Positions 54,520 through 64,000 of a stretch of 64,000 nucleotides of DNA are shown piece after piece. Below the pieces are notes generated by a model. The model was not told where the DNA came from, made no database searches, and saw only the letters and a list, made by a program, of their open reading frames with translations. Both the position numbers and the translations under genes were made by a program. Source of the stretch: Chthoniobacterales bacterium (lineage in GTDB: Bacteria > Verrucomicrobiota > Verrucomicrobiia > Chthoniobacterales > JAATET01); contig JAATET010000132.1 in the NCBI GenBank assembly GCA_015655545.1, positions 13,773 to 77,772 of the forward strand, given 5' to 3'. The number at the start of each line of letters is the position of its first letter. Position 1 is the first letter of the stretch.

Positions 54520-55811
54520 ACAATCCGGATCTCTCTCGAATCGTGCAATCGGCCCAAGGCCCCTCCCGCCGCCGGAAGCTCCTGATCCTGGCCGGCGTCG
54601 TCATCCTGCTCGTCGCGGCTTTTTTCGTCTGGCGCAGCGTGGCCGGGAAAGAGAGCGCCACGACGAGTTATGTCACCGAGCCCATCAAGCAGGGCGATTT
54701 GAAAACGACCGTCACCGCGACCGGCAATCTCCAGCCGACCAACGAAGTGACCGTCGGCAGCGAGCTTTCCGGCACGGTGACGGAAGTGCTCGTCGATACC
54801 AACGCCCGGGTGACCAAGGGCCAGGTCCTCGCCCGGCTCGATACGAGCAAGCTCGAGCGGCAGACCGACAGCAGCCGGGCCACCGCCGCCGGCGCGGAGG
54901 CCAAGGTCAGCCAGGCCCGGGCCACCGTCGTTGAGAGCGGCGCGAGCCTGCAACGACTGCAAAAGCTCAAGGCCGCGAGCGGGGGCAAGCTGCCCTCGCA
55001 GGCCGACATGGATGCCGCCATCGCCTCCGCCGACCGGGCCAAGGCCGACCTCGCCAGCGCCGAGGCCGAGGTGCGGCAGGCGCAGGCCAATGTCGGCACG
55101 AATGAAAGCGACCTGGAAAAATCCGTCATCCGCTCGCCGATCGACGGCATCATTCTCACCCGGAATATCGAGCCGGGCCAGACCGTAGCCGCCACTATGA
55201 CCGCTCCGGAGCTTTTCGTCGTCGCGGAAAAGCTCGAGAACATGAAGCTCGAGGTCGCCGTGGCAGAGGCCGACATCAGCCGCATCAAGGACGGGCAGAA
55301 GGCGGCCTTCACCGTCGATGCCTGGCCGAATCGTTCCTTCGAAGCCACGGTGAAGAAGGTGGAGTTCGGCTCCACCGTGACCGACAACGTCGTCACCTAC
55401 TTGACCGAGCTGGAAGTCTCGAACGACGACCTCAGCCTGCGCCCCGGCATGACGGCCACGGCGGAAATTTCCGTCGCGGAGACGCGGGATGCCTTCCTCG
55501 TGCCGAACGCCGCGCTGCGGTTCGACCCCGAGTCCGTCCGCGCCGGCGCCGCAAGCTCCGCGCCGAAAAAGTCCTTCGTGCAGAGCCTCATTCCCAGCCC
55601 GCCCCGCCGCATGGAAGCCAAACCCTCGGCGCAGGACGAAGCACCGCCCGCCAAATCCGACGCCCCCTCGATCTGGGTGCTGCGCGACGGCCGGCCCGCC
55701 GCCATCAAGGTTCAGGCGGGCCTCTCCGACGGACGCGTGACCGCAATTTCCGGCGCCGGATTGTCCGTGGGCCTGCCGGTCATCATTCACGCCCGAACCA
55801 GCCAGCCATGA
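54516..55811 (+). CDS. MacA/HlyD-family periplasmic adaptor
   Basis: ATG at 54516 in an ATGA overlap. N-terminal TM 'LLILAGVVILLVAAFFVW'. Long coiled coil. 'IRSPIDGIILTRNIEPGQTV'. Confidence 0.85.
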   Translation: MNNPDLSRIVQSAQGPSRRRKLLILAGVVILLVAAFFVWRSVAGKESATTSYVTEPIKQGDLKTTVTATGNLQPTNEVTVGSELSGTVTEVLVDTNARVTKGQVLARLDTSKLERQTDSSRATAAGAEAKVSQARATVVESGASLQRLQKLKAASGGKLPSQADMDAAIASADRAKADLASAEAEVRQAQANVGTNESDLEKSVIRSPIDGIILTRNIEPGQTVAATMTAPELFVVAEKLENMKLEVAVAEADISRIKDGQKAAFTVDAWPNRSFEATVKKVEFGSTVTDNVVTYLTELEVSNDDLSLRPGMTATAEISVAETRDAFLVPNAALRFDPESVRAGAASSAPKKSFVQSLIPSPPRRMEAKPSAQDEAPPAKSDAPSIWVLRDGRPAAIKVQAGLSDGRVTAISGAGLSVGLPVIIHARTSQP

Positions 55812-56500
55812 GTCGCCCTCTCATCAAACTCCACGGGATCACGAAGACCTACGGCCGGAGCGACACGGCTTTCCAGGCGCTGCGCGGCATCGACCTCGTC
55901 GTCAACCAGGGGGACTTCGTCGCCGTGATGGGACCGAGCGGCTCGGGAAAATCCACCCTCATGAATCTCCTCGGCTGCCTCGATACCCCGACCACGGGCC
56001 GATATTTGTATGAGGACCTCGCCGTGGAGTCGCTCAATGCCGACCAGCGCTCGCTCCTGCGACGGCACGCGCTGGGATTCATCTTCCAGGGCTTCAACCT
56101 CCTCGCCCGCACCAGCGCGCTGGAAAACGTCGAGCTGCCCTTGATTTACCGGGGGATGACTCGCGCCGAGCGTCACCAGCTGGCGAGGGAAGCACTCTCC
56201 ACCGTCGGCCTCTCGACGAAATTCTCGAACACCCCCGCCGAACTCTCCGGCGGGCAGCAGCAGCGCGTCGCCATTGCCCGCGCCATCGTGACTTCGCCGT
56301 CCACGCTCTTCGCCGACGAGCCTACCGGGAATCTCGACTCCCACACCACCGGCGAGATCATGAGCCTGCTCGTCCGGCTTAACGCCGAGCGCGGCATCAC
56401 TATTCTCCTCGTCACCCACGAGGACCACGTGGCCGCCTACGCCCGCCGCACGATCCACGTGCGCGATGGCCTCATTGCCACGGACCATTCCCGGAACTAG
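55808..56500 (+). CDS. MacB/LolD-type ABC transporter ATP-binding protein
   Basis: Walker A 'GPSGSGKST', signature 'LSGGQQQRVAIARA', Walker B 'LFADEPTGNLD'. Confidence 0.9.
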   Translation: MSRPLIKLHGITKTYGRSDTAFQALRGIDLVVNQGDFVAVMGPSGSGKSTLMNLLGCLDTPTTGRYLYEDLAVESLNADQRSLLRRHALGFIFQGFNLLARTSALENVELPLIYRGMTRAERHQLAREALSTVGLSTKFSNTPAELSGGQQQRVAIARAIVTSPSTLFADEPTGNLDSHTTGEIMSLLVRLNAERGITILLVTHEDHVAAYARRTIHVRDGLIATDHSRN

Positions 56501-56502
56501 CG

Positions 56503-57774
<1,272 letters not shown>

Positions 57775-57786
57775 GCCTCTCATTGA

Positions 57787-58059
57787 AACACGAAATATGC
57801 CGCCCAAACCCAACTCACCGTCCGGGGTGAATTGAGCCAGCACGTCAACAAAGTCTCCACCGCCGTCGAGATCATCCACGCTCCCACCGGCCTCGTCGCC
57901 ACCGCGAGCGACTCCCGCTCCCGGCACACGAACCGCGGCCTCGCCCTGCTCCGTCTCGTCGATCCGTCTCGTCGAGAAGTTCGAACACCGGCGCGACACC
58001 GCTTCGCAGGATCGCAAGGCCGCAGCAAAACCAAGCAGATGCGGAAAAAAGTTTATTAA
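57787..58059 (+). pseudogene. Decayed 5'-truncated paralog of the arfB-like gene
   Basis: '..TVRGELSQHVNKVSTAVEIIHAPTGLVATASDSRSRHTNRGLALLRLV' is about 70% identical to the gene at 51857. GGQ is replaced by LSQ and there is no N-terminal region or credible start. A 13-bp tandem duplication (57951-57963 / 57964-57976) shifts the frame of the basic tail. Confidence 0.7.
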
Positions 58060-58079
58060 GCTGAGAAGTGAAAACGAAA

Positions 58080-58176
58080 CCGGATTTACAGGATTGGCCG
58101 GATTTACAGAAAAAGGAAAATTTTTGCCCCTCTCATTTCAAAAATCCTGTGAATCCCGTAAATCTTGTAAATCCCG
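58080..58176. repeat. AT-rich composite imperfect palindrome (31/32-nt arms built from tandem CCGGATTTACAG units, 34-nt A/T-rich spacer)
   Basis: Left arm ccggatttacaggattggccggatttacaga. Right arm tcctgtgaatcccgtaaatcttgtaaatcccg, whose reverse complement matches at roughly 80% of positions. It ends 28 nt before the purC ATG. Confidence 0.8.
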
Positions 58177-58204
58177 TTTAGTTCACACTTATTCAATTTC
58201 CCAC

Positions 58205-59083
58205 ATGGACGTCTTGAGTCTCGATCTTCCCGGCATTCCGAAATTACGCAGCGGCAAGGTGCGCGAAGTCTTCGATCTCGGCGACTCGCTGCTCCTCGTC
58301 GCGAGCGACCGCATTTCCGCCTTCGACTGCGTGCTGCCAAATGCCATCCCGCGCAAAGGCGAAGTCCTCACGCGCCTCTCGCACTTCTGGTTCCAGAAGC
58401 TCTACTTCGTTCCGAACCACCTCGTCGATGTCGCCCCCGGCTGGCTGCCGGAAAAATTAAAGCCCTGGGAAAAGGAACTCGCCGGCCGATCGATGATCGT
58501 CAAAAAAGCCAGCCCGCTGCCCGTCGAGTGCGTCGTCCGCGGCTACCTTGCCGGCTCCGGCTGGGCGGATTACGCGGCCACCGGCGGCATTTGCGGACAC
58601 GCGCTTCCCGCCGGCCTGCGCCTCGCCGATCAATTGCCGACACCGCTCTTCACCCCGGCCACGAAAGCGACCTCCGGGCACGACGAGAATATTTCCTGGA
58701 ACGAATGCCGCAGCCTCCTCGGCGACGACGTCGCGATGCGGCTGCGCGAATGGAGCATCGATCTCTACGAACACGGACGCGCCTTCGCCGCCCAACGCGG
58801 CATCCTCATCGCCGACACGAAATTCGAATTCGGCATCGTGGACGACGAGATCGTCCTCATCGACGAATGCATGACGCCCGATTCCTCGCGATTCTGGCCC
58901 GCCGACGCCTACGCGCCCGGCCACAATCCCCCCAGCTTCGACAAGCAATACGTCCGCGACTACCTCGAGACCCTTTCCTGGAACAAGACCCCGCCCGCGC
59001 CCGAGCTTCCGGCCGGCGTGGTCGCGCGGACTTCCGAGAAATATATCGAAGCTTACACGCAGCTCACGGGGCTGCGTTTCTAG
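58205..59083 (+). CDS. purC: Phosphoribosylaminoimidazole-succinocarboxamide (SAICAR) synthase
   Basis: ATG at 58205. 'RSGKVREVFDLGDSLLLVASDRISAFD', 'VVRGYLAGSGW' and 'LIADTKFEFG'. The track TTG start at 58094 reads through the palindromic element. Confidence 0.9.
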   Translation: MDVLSLDLPGIPKLRSGKVREVFDLGDSLLLVASDRISAFDCVLPNAIPRKGEVLTRLSHFWFQKLYFVPNHLVDVAPGWLPEKLKPWEKELAGRSMIVKKASPLPVECVVRGYLAGSGWADYAATGGICGHALPAGLRLADQLPTPLFTPATKATSGHDENISWNECRSLLGDDVAMRLREWSIDLYEHGRAFAAQRGILIADTKFEFGIVDDEIVLIDECMTPDSSRFWPADAYAPGHNPPSFDKQYVRDYLETLSWNKTPPAPELPAGVVARTSEKYIEAYTQLTGLRF

Positions 59084-59087
59084 CGCC

Positions 59088-59978
59088 ATGCTGGAGCCGG
59101 AAATCGATTCGTTCCTGCTCTTCCTCGCCACCGAGCGCGGCCTCTCCGACAATTACCAGATCTCCACGCGCCACTCGCTCGAGACCTTCGGCAAATGGCT
59201 CGCCGCGCAAGCTCTCACCGATCTCGCGGCGGTCGAATCCGGGCAGCTGAGCGACTACCTCGCACACCGCAAGCGCGCGGGCCTCGCCGCCGCGTCGATC
59301 AAGGCCGAAGCCATCGCGCTGCGGATTTTCTTTCGGTTTCTCGTCGGGCGTAAACAGCTCGCCCGCGATCCCGCCGAGTTCATCGCCATTCCGCGCATCG
59401 AGCGCTACCTGCCCGACACACTGAACATTCCCGACGTCGAGCGGCTGCTCGGCGCGGTCCACGAGACCGATCCGCAAGCGCTCCGCAACCGCGCCATCTT
59501 CGAGCTGCTTTACGCCTCCGGCCTGCGCATTTCCGAGCTCTGCAACGCACGCCTCGAAAATATCGATCTCGACGAAGGCTGGATTCGCGTGACGGGCAAG
59601 GGCAACAAGACCCGCATCGTTCCCGTCGGCGGGAGAGCGGTGGAGGCCATCGGCCGCTATCTCTCGATCGAACGTCCAAAGCTCGTCGGCCCGCGGAGTG
59701 GCGCGGAAATTTTTCTCTCCGTGCGCGGCCGCAAATTCACCCGCGCGCGCGTCTGGCAGCTCGTCAAGCAATACGCCGGCATCGCCGGGCTGGAGACCAA
59801 CGCCTATCCGCATCTGCTTCGCCATTCCTTCGCCACGCACCTGCTTTCGAATGGCGCCGACCTCCGCGTCATCCAGGAGCTGCTCGGCCACGCCGACATC
59901 TCCACCACGGAAATCTACACCCACGTGGATCAGCGCCGGCTCAAGGCCGTGCACAAAAAATTTCACCCGCGGGCCTAA
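59088..59978 (+). CDS. XerC/XerD-type tyrosine site-specific recombinase
   Basis: 296 aa. 'ASGLRISEL', 'HLLRHSFATHLL' and 'LLGHADISTTEIYTHV' supply the catalytic R...H-x-x-R...Y. Confidence 0.85.
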   Translation: MLEPEIDSFLLFLATERGLSDNYQISTRHSLETFGKWLAAQALTDLAAVESGQLSDYLAHRKRAGLAAASIKAEAIALRIFFRFLVGRKQLARDPAEFIAIPRIERYLPDTLNIPDVERLLGAVHETDPQALRNRAIFELLYASGLRISELCNARLENIDLDEGWIRVTGKGNKTRIVPVGGRAVEAIGRYLSIERPKLVGPRSGAEIFLSVRGRKFTRARVWQLVKQYAGIAGLETNAYPHLLRHSFATHLLSNGADLRVIQELLGHADISTTEIYTHVDQRRLKAVHKKFHPRA

Positions 59979-59981
59979 CGG

Positions 59982-62066
59982 CTACGGCACGGCCTGCGTC
60001 TCGACGCGGTTGGGCCATGCTTCCGGCGTCATCCCGGCACGCTTCGATTCTTCCGCGGCCGCGACCACGAGCCGGCGCAGCGCCGGAATAAAAGGCAGCT
60101 TGCACGCATCATGCGGCCGCGCCGCATCCGCGAGAGCGGCGAGTTTTTCCGCGCGCCAATCTTTTGAAATCCCGGCCGGATTGCGCAGCTGGGCGACCGC
60201 CTCGAGGCCGATCGCACAAGCTTCACCGATCCGATCAAACAGCGGCTTCAGCGCCCTCACGCGCGCTGAAGCCTTATCTCTCGCGAGGTCGTCCGCCGCC
60301 GATTTCCATGTCCCCAGCGAAGCCGCGACCGCGGCAAGGTCATCACGATCGACCTCTCGGGAAAATTCGCGTGAAAGCGCGCTGTCGGGCCGGGCGCAAT
60401 CCACCAGCCCCGTGAGCGGCGTGCCTTGCGTGGAGCCGGGCTGCTGCTTGCCCCGCTGATAGGCCTCCACCGGTTCGACGAGATCGGCGATGACCCGCAA
60501 ATTCCGCAACGCACCAGCCGGCGCGGAATCTCCAGCCAGCCGGCGGAGCAGGGGATCGATGTAGCTCTCGTGCCTCAGTCCGATTTCCGCGAGCCGGCCG
60601 CTCACGATCGCCAGCCTCCGATACATGTCGTCCAAATCCCGCGCGTCCCGCGGCGACCAAAGACGCTCGGCGATCGACGCGGTGCGCGGCCAGATGCGCG
60701 AGTCGATCGTCTCCGGAGTCACCCATTCGCTCCACATCGTCGCCTCGCCGCCGAGGATGCGTTTCTGCTCCTCGAGCGTGAGCGTCGTGTTCGCCGGGAT
60801 GGGATCATTGGGATAATGCGCCGCCGCCGGCTGCGCGAGATCGATGTAATAGCCATTCGAGAGCAGACCCGAATATCCGCGCCGCGCCGCCGCGGCGAGC
60901 GCGTCCGGCCCGCGCCAGGATTGGATCACCGCATCCCGCGGCAAATCGTCGTGGAGAATTTCATCCCATCCCACCATCCGCTTTCCATACTTCGTCAAAA
61001 TCGCCTGCACGCGCCGGTTGAAATATGCCTGGAGAGCCGCGTGATCCTTGAGCCCGCGCTCTTTCATGAATGCTCGAATGCGCGGATTTTTGTCCCAGTC
61101 CCCGCCCTTCACCTCGTCGCCGCCGATGTGAAAATAGAGATCCGGAAACAATCCCGCCATCTCGCCCAGGAAACCGTCGAGAAACGCATAGACCGCCTCG
61201 TTGGCCGGATCGAACACCGGCTCGAAAATCCCCCATTTCCGTTCGATGGCATAAGGCCCCGGCGCGCTGCCGAGCTCGGGATAGCCAGTCAGCCAGCTCG
61301 TCGCGTGGCCCGGCATGTCGAACTCGGGCACCACGCGAATTCCACGCTCCGCCGCATAGGCGACGATCTCGCGAATTTGCTTCTGCGTGAAAAATTTTCC
61401 ATCCGACCCCAACTCCTGCAGACGTGGAAACTTGCGACTCTCGATTCGAAAACCCTGATCCTCCGAAAGGTGCAGATGCAGCACATTCAGCTTCACCGCC
61501 GCCATGCCGTCGAGCGTGCGCTTGACGACCTCGATCGGCTGCCAGTGCCGGCACACATCGAGCATGAGCCCGCGCCACGGAAACCGCGGCGCGTCCTGAA
61601 TGCTCACGGCGGGCAAAAACCATTTGCCGCCATCCGACTCGAGCAGCTGAGCCAAAGTCTCCAGGCCTCTCAACGCACCGACCACCGTCGCCGCGCGCAA
61701 CACGCCACCGTGCGCAGTAATATCGAGCGTATAGCTTTCGTCATCGCCGAGAGCGGGCAGTTCGCTGCCAGTTTCCGCGCAGTCGATCATCAATGTCTCC
61801 GAGGCTTTGCCATTCGCCGGCCCCGATGAAAAAGTCAGCCCGGTCCGTGCCTGCCAGCGGCTCGACAGCCGCTCGATCCCCTTCCGCAGACGAGCGTCAT
61901 CGTGATGACGTATCGCGATCGCGAAGGCCGCCGTGACGGCCAGACGCCCGGCGCCCGATTGCATCTTCGCCGGCCTCGGCATGAAATCGGGCGAGGATGC
62001 CTCCTTCGCCACGCCCGGCGAAAAGCCGAAAATCATCGCTGATAAAATCCATCCAGGAAGGCGCAT
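59982..62066 (-). CDS. Secreted GH20 beta-N-acetylhexosaminidase
   Basis: Signal peptide. 'FPWRGLMLDVCRHW', 'LNVLHLHLSEDQGFR', 'VVPEFDMPGH' and 'FHIGGDEV'. Extra ~200-aa C-terminal helical region. Confidence 0.85.
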   Translation of the reverse strand: MRLPGWILSAMIFGFSPGVAKEASSPDFMPRPAKMQSGAGRLAVTAAFAIAIRHHDDARLRKGIERLSSRWQARTGLTFSSGPANGKASETLMIDCAETGSELPALGDDESYTLDITAHGGVLRAATVVGALRGLETLAQLLESDGGKWFLPAVSIQDAPRFPWRGLMLDVCRHWQPIEVVKRTLDGMAAVKLNVLHLHLSEDQGFRIESRKFPRLQELGSDGKFFTQKQIREIVAYAAERGIRVVPEFDMPGHATSWLTGYPELGSAPGPYAIERKWGIFEPVFDPANEAVYAFLDGFLGEMAGLFPDLYFHIGGDEVKGGDWDKNPRIRAFMKERGLKDHAALQAYFNRRVQAILTKYGKRMVGWDEILHDDLPRDAVIQSWRGPDALAAAARRGYSGLLSNGYYIDLAQPAAAHYPNDPIPANTTLTLEEQKRILGGEATMWSEWVTPETIDSRIWPRTASIAERLWSPRDARDLDDMYRRLAIVSGRLAEIGLRHESYIDPLLRRLAGDSAPAGALRNLRVIADLVEPVEAYQRGKQQPGSTQGTPLTGLVDCARPDSALSREFSREVDRDDLAAVAASLGTWKSAADDLARDKASARVRALKPLFDRIGEACAIGLEAVAQLRNPAGISKDWRAEKLAALADAARPHDACKLPFIPALRRLVVAAAEESKRAGMTPEAWPNRVETQAVP

Positions 62067-62150
62067 GAATCGAGCGAGGATACCGCGGCGACGGCTCCCG
62101 CCATAGATGATTCTTGCCCCGCGAGCCGCCCGATTTCATATTCCCCGCCT

Positions 62151-63584
62151 ATGTTCGTTCGATTCCCCCGTCGAGGCGCGAGCCTCGCTCTCGCCAGCGC
62201 CGCCGTCATTCTGGGCCTTTCGCCCGCGGTTTCTTTTTCGCAGGAAAAACTGACCGAGCGTCCGCCGGTTTCGAAGCGGAAATTCACCAGCCCGGCGGTG
62301 GAAAAAACCATCGCGGAGGTCACGAAGAACATCAAGGATCCGCGGATCGCGGAAATGTTCGCGAAATGCTTCCCGAACACGCTCGACACGACCGTTTTCT
62401 TCTCGATGAAAAACGGCGTGCCCGACACCTACGTGATCACCGGCGACATCGACGCGATGTGGCTGCGCGACTCCTCGGCCCAGGTCGACCCCTACCTCCC
62501 GCTCTGCAAGGAAGACCCGAAACTCGCACGGATGATCAACGGTCTGATCCGCCGCCAGGCGAAGTGCATCCTGCTCGATCCGTATGCCAACGCCTTCTAT
62601 CCCGATGCGAAAAAGGTGAGCGAATGGAAGACCGATCTCACCGAAATGAAACCCGGCGTGCATGAACGCAAATACGAGCTCGACTCGCTCTGCTATCCGA
62701 TCCGGCTCGCGTATCAATATTGGAAAATCACCGGCGACACCTCCGCCTTCGACGACACGTGGCTGAAGGCAATGAAGCTGGCCGTCGGGACGATGCGCGT
62801 GCAGCAGCGCAAGGACGATCGCGGGCCTTATAAATTCCAGCGCACCACCGCCGTGCAGACCGATACCGTGCCCGGCGCCGGCTGGGGAAATCCAATCAAG
62901 CCGACCGGCATGATCTGCTCCGTCTTCCGCAATTCCGACGACTCCGCGACGTTCCTTTTCAACATCCCGGAGAACCTCTTCGCGGTCGCGAGCCTGCGCC
63001 GCCTCGCGGAGATCCTCGACGCCATCAAGAAGGAGCCCGCGCTCGCCGCCGACTCGCGCGCACTGGCCGACGAGGCCGAGGCCGCCGTCAAAAAATACGG
63101 CATCGTCGATCATCCGAAATATGGAAAAATCTACGCCTACGAAGTCGATGGCTTCGGCAACACGCTCCTCATCGACGACGGCGGCTCACCGGGCCTGATC
63201 GCGATTCCATTCCTCGGCTACGGCACCCCGGACGATGAAGTTTACAAAAACTCCCGCCGCTTCGCCCTCAGCGAGGACAATCCCTTTTTCTACAAAGGCG
63301 CCGCCGGCGAAGGCCTCGGCAGCCCGCACCTTGCCGCGCACGGCGACTACATCTGGCCGATGGGCATCGCGACCCGCGGCGTGACCTCGAGCGATCCGGA
63401 GGAAATCAAGCTGTGCCTCGACATGATCGCTTCGACGAATGCCGGCACCGGCTTCATGCACGAGGGCTTCGACAAAAACGACGCGGCCAAATTCACCCGC
63501 GATTGGTTCGCGTGGGCGAACACCTGGTTCGGCGAATTCGTCTGGCGCGTCTACCGCGAGAAGCCCGAGCTTTTGAAAAACTAG
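62151..63584 (+). CDS. Secreted GH125 (DUF1237) exo-alpha-1,6-mannosidase family protein
   Basis: Signal peptide 'ASLALASAAVILGLSPAVSFS'. 'ITGDIDAMWLRDSSAQ' and 'FMHEGFD' are typical of GH125. Confidence 0.8.
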   Translation: MFVRFPRRGASLALASAAVILGLSPAVSFSQEKLTERPPVSKRKFTSPAVEKTIAEVTKNIKDPRIAEMFAKCFPNTLDTTVFFSMKNGVPDTYVITGDIDAMWLRDSSAQVDPYLPLCKEDPKLARMINGLIRRQAKCILLDPYANAFYPDAKKVSEWKTDLTEMKPGVHERKYELDSLCYPIRLAYQYWKITGDTSAFDDTWLKAMKLAVGTMRVQQRKDDRGPYKFQRTTAVQTDTVPGAGWGNPIKPTGMICSVFRNSDDSATFLFNIPENLFAVASLRRLAEILDAIKKEPALAADSRALADEAEAAVKKYGIVDHPKYGKIYAYEVDGFGNTLLIDDGGSPGLIAIPFLGYGTPDDEVYKNSRRFALSEDNPFFYKGAAGEGLGSPHLAAHGDYIWPMGIATRGVTSSDPEEIKLCLDMIASTNAGTGFMHEGFDKNDAAKFTRDWFAWANTWFGEFVWRVYREKPELLKN

Positions 63585-63621
63585 TTGGCCAATCAATCCA
63601 GTCGGGCAAATACGAACGACA

Positions 63622-64000
63622 GTGAACTGCACCCCCTTCAGAATTTTCACTTTCTTGATGCTCGGCTTGGCCTCGTGGGTAAAAGCCGGGCCGGCCATCG
63701 ACCGCCACGCTCTCGTGTCCCGGCATGATCTCCACGGAAGCGATTTCGAAATTCCCCTGGGCAACGGCAACTTCGCCTTCAACGCCGACGGGACCGGGCT
63801 GGAAACCTTCAGCGGAAACACCATGTCGCATTGGTGCTGGCACAGCTTTCCTCTCCCTCCCGGAGTCAGCCAGACGGATATCAAGCCTTGGGCAACCTCC
63901 GATCACGGAAGGCTCAAAGGAGCGACCACCAAGATGCCCGCGCCCATCTACGGATGGTCACGCGTCAATCCGCATCCGCTGAATCTGGGCCGCATCGGCT
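63622..64000 (+). CDS. Secreted protein, probable glycoside hydrolase N-terminus (partial, runs off the window)
   Basis: Frame open to the window end. GTG at 63622 gives the signal peptide 'MNCTPFRIFTFLMLGLASWVKA' (alternative ATG at 63658). It is followed by 'IDRHALVSRHDLH...EIPLGNGNFAFNADGTGLETF'. Family not assignable from 125 residues. Confidence 0.5.
   Translation, partial: MNCTPFRIFTFLMLGLASWVKAGPAIDRHALVSRHDLHGSDFEIPLGNGNFAFNADGTGLETFSGNTMSHWCWHSFPLPPGVSQTDIKPWATSDHGRLKGATTKMPAPIYGWSRVNPHPLNLGRIG

Noticed and set aside
58094-58204. TTG-initiated 37-aa N-terminal extension of purC
   Set aside because: It reads through the AT-rich palindromic element ('KSCESRKSCKSR' mirrors the DNA repeats). 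The conserved SAICAR synthase N-terminus starts at the ATG at 58205.
59088-59978. Tyrosine recombinase as a marker of an integrated mobile element
   Set aside because: It has the size (296 aa) and motifs of chromosomal XerC/XerD. There is no adjacent tRNA, direct repeats, excisionase or phage/ICE genes, and the flanking genes are housekeeping (purC) or glycosidases.

Overview
High-GC (about two-thirds G+C by eye), densely coding chromosomal segment. I support about 51 protein-coding genes, one decayed gene fragment and several short cis-elements. I found no rRNA, tRNA, CRISPR array, transposase or prophage gene. Composition and gene content (CotH/lamin-tail surface protein with a Pro-Thr linker, GH20/GH63/GH125 glycosidases, many hybrid histidine kinases) suggest a Verrucomicrobiota/Opitutales-like genome, but that is only an impression. 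Because of the GC content, the six-frame track is full of long antisense shadow ORFs and over-extended N-termini. I re-derived several starts and found many 4-nt ATGA/GTGA/TTGA stop/start overlaps that define operons. Gene order, left to right:
- AsmA/DUF748-like, UbiA and a secreted protein (operon)
- RND efflux pair
- Three-kinase signalling cluster: a soluble hybrid kinase with a LacI-type sensor fold, a transmembrane hybrid kinase, and a REC-kinase
- GmaS/MgsABC-like (N-methylglutamate-pathway-like) cluster with an XRE-cupin regulator, a monomeric sarcosine-oxidase-like flavoenzyme and an M20 peptidase
- Eukaryote-type UDP-glucose pyrophosphorylase
- CotH/LTD surface protein
- scpA, scpB and a short pheA-like gene
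- hpf, DUF2233 and a FabZ-like gene
- GH63
- Two OmpR-type two-component pairs, the second PhoBR-like with a candidate Pho box, plus an amidohydrolase
- lgt and cell-wall enzymes
- Purine permease, bioB, rpiB
- Cytochrome c fused to a PQQ dehydrogenase
- TPR protein, aldose epimerase, arfB-like rescue factor
- TetR / outer-membrane factor / MacA / MacB efflux cassette
- Decayed arfB paralog
- purC, a Xer recombinase, GH20, GH125 and a partial secreted protein

No recognisable defence or mobile system is present. The most unusual items are:
- The LacI-fold kinase and its three-kinase module, which has no output regulator
- The variant N-methylglutamate-like amine cluster
- Two architecturally matched AT-rich composite palindromes directly upstream of two purine genes
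- An efflux cassette bracketed by an intact and a decayed arfB-like gene
- An internally deleted prephenate dehydratase domain
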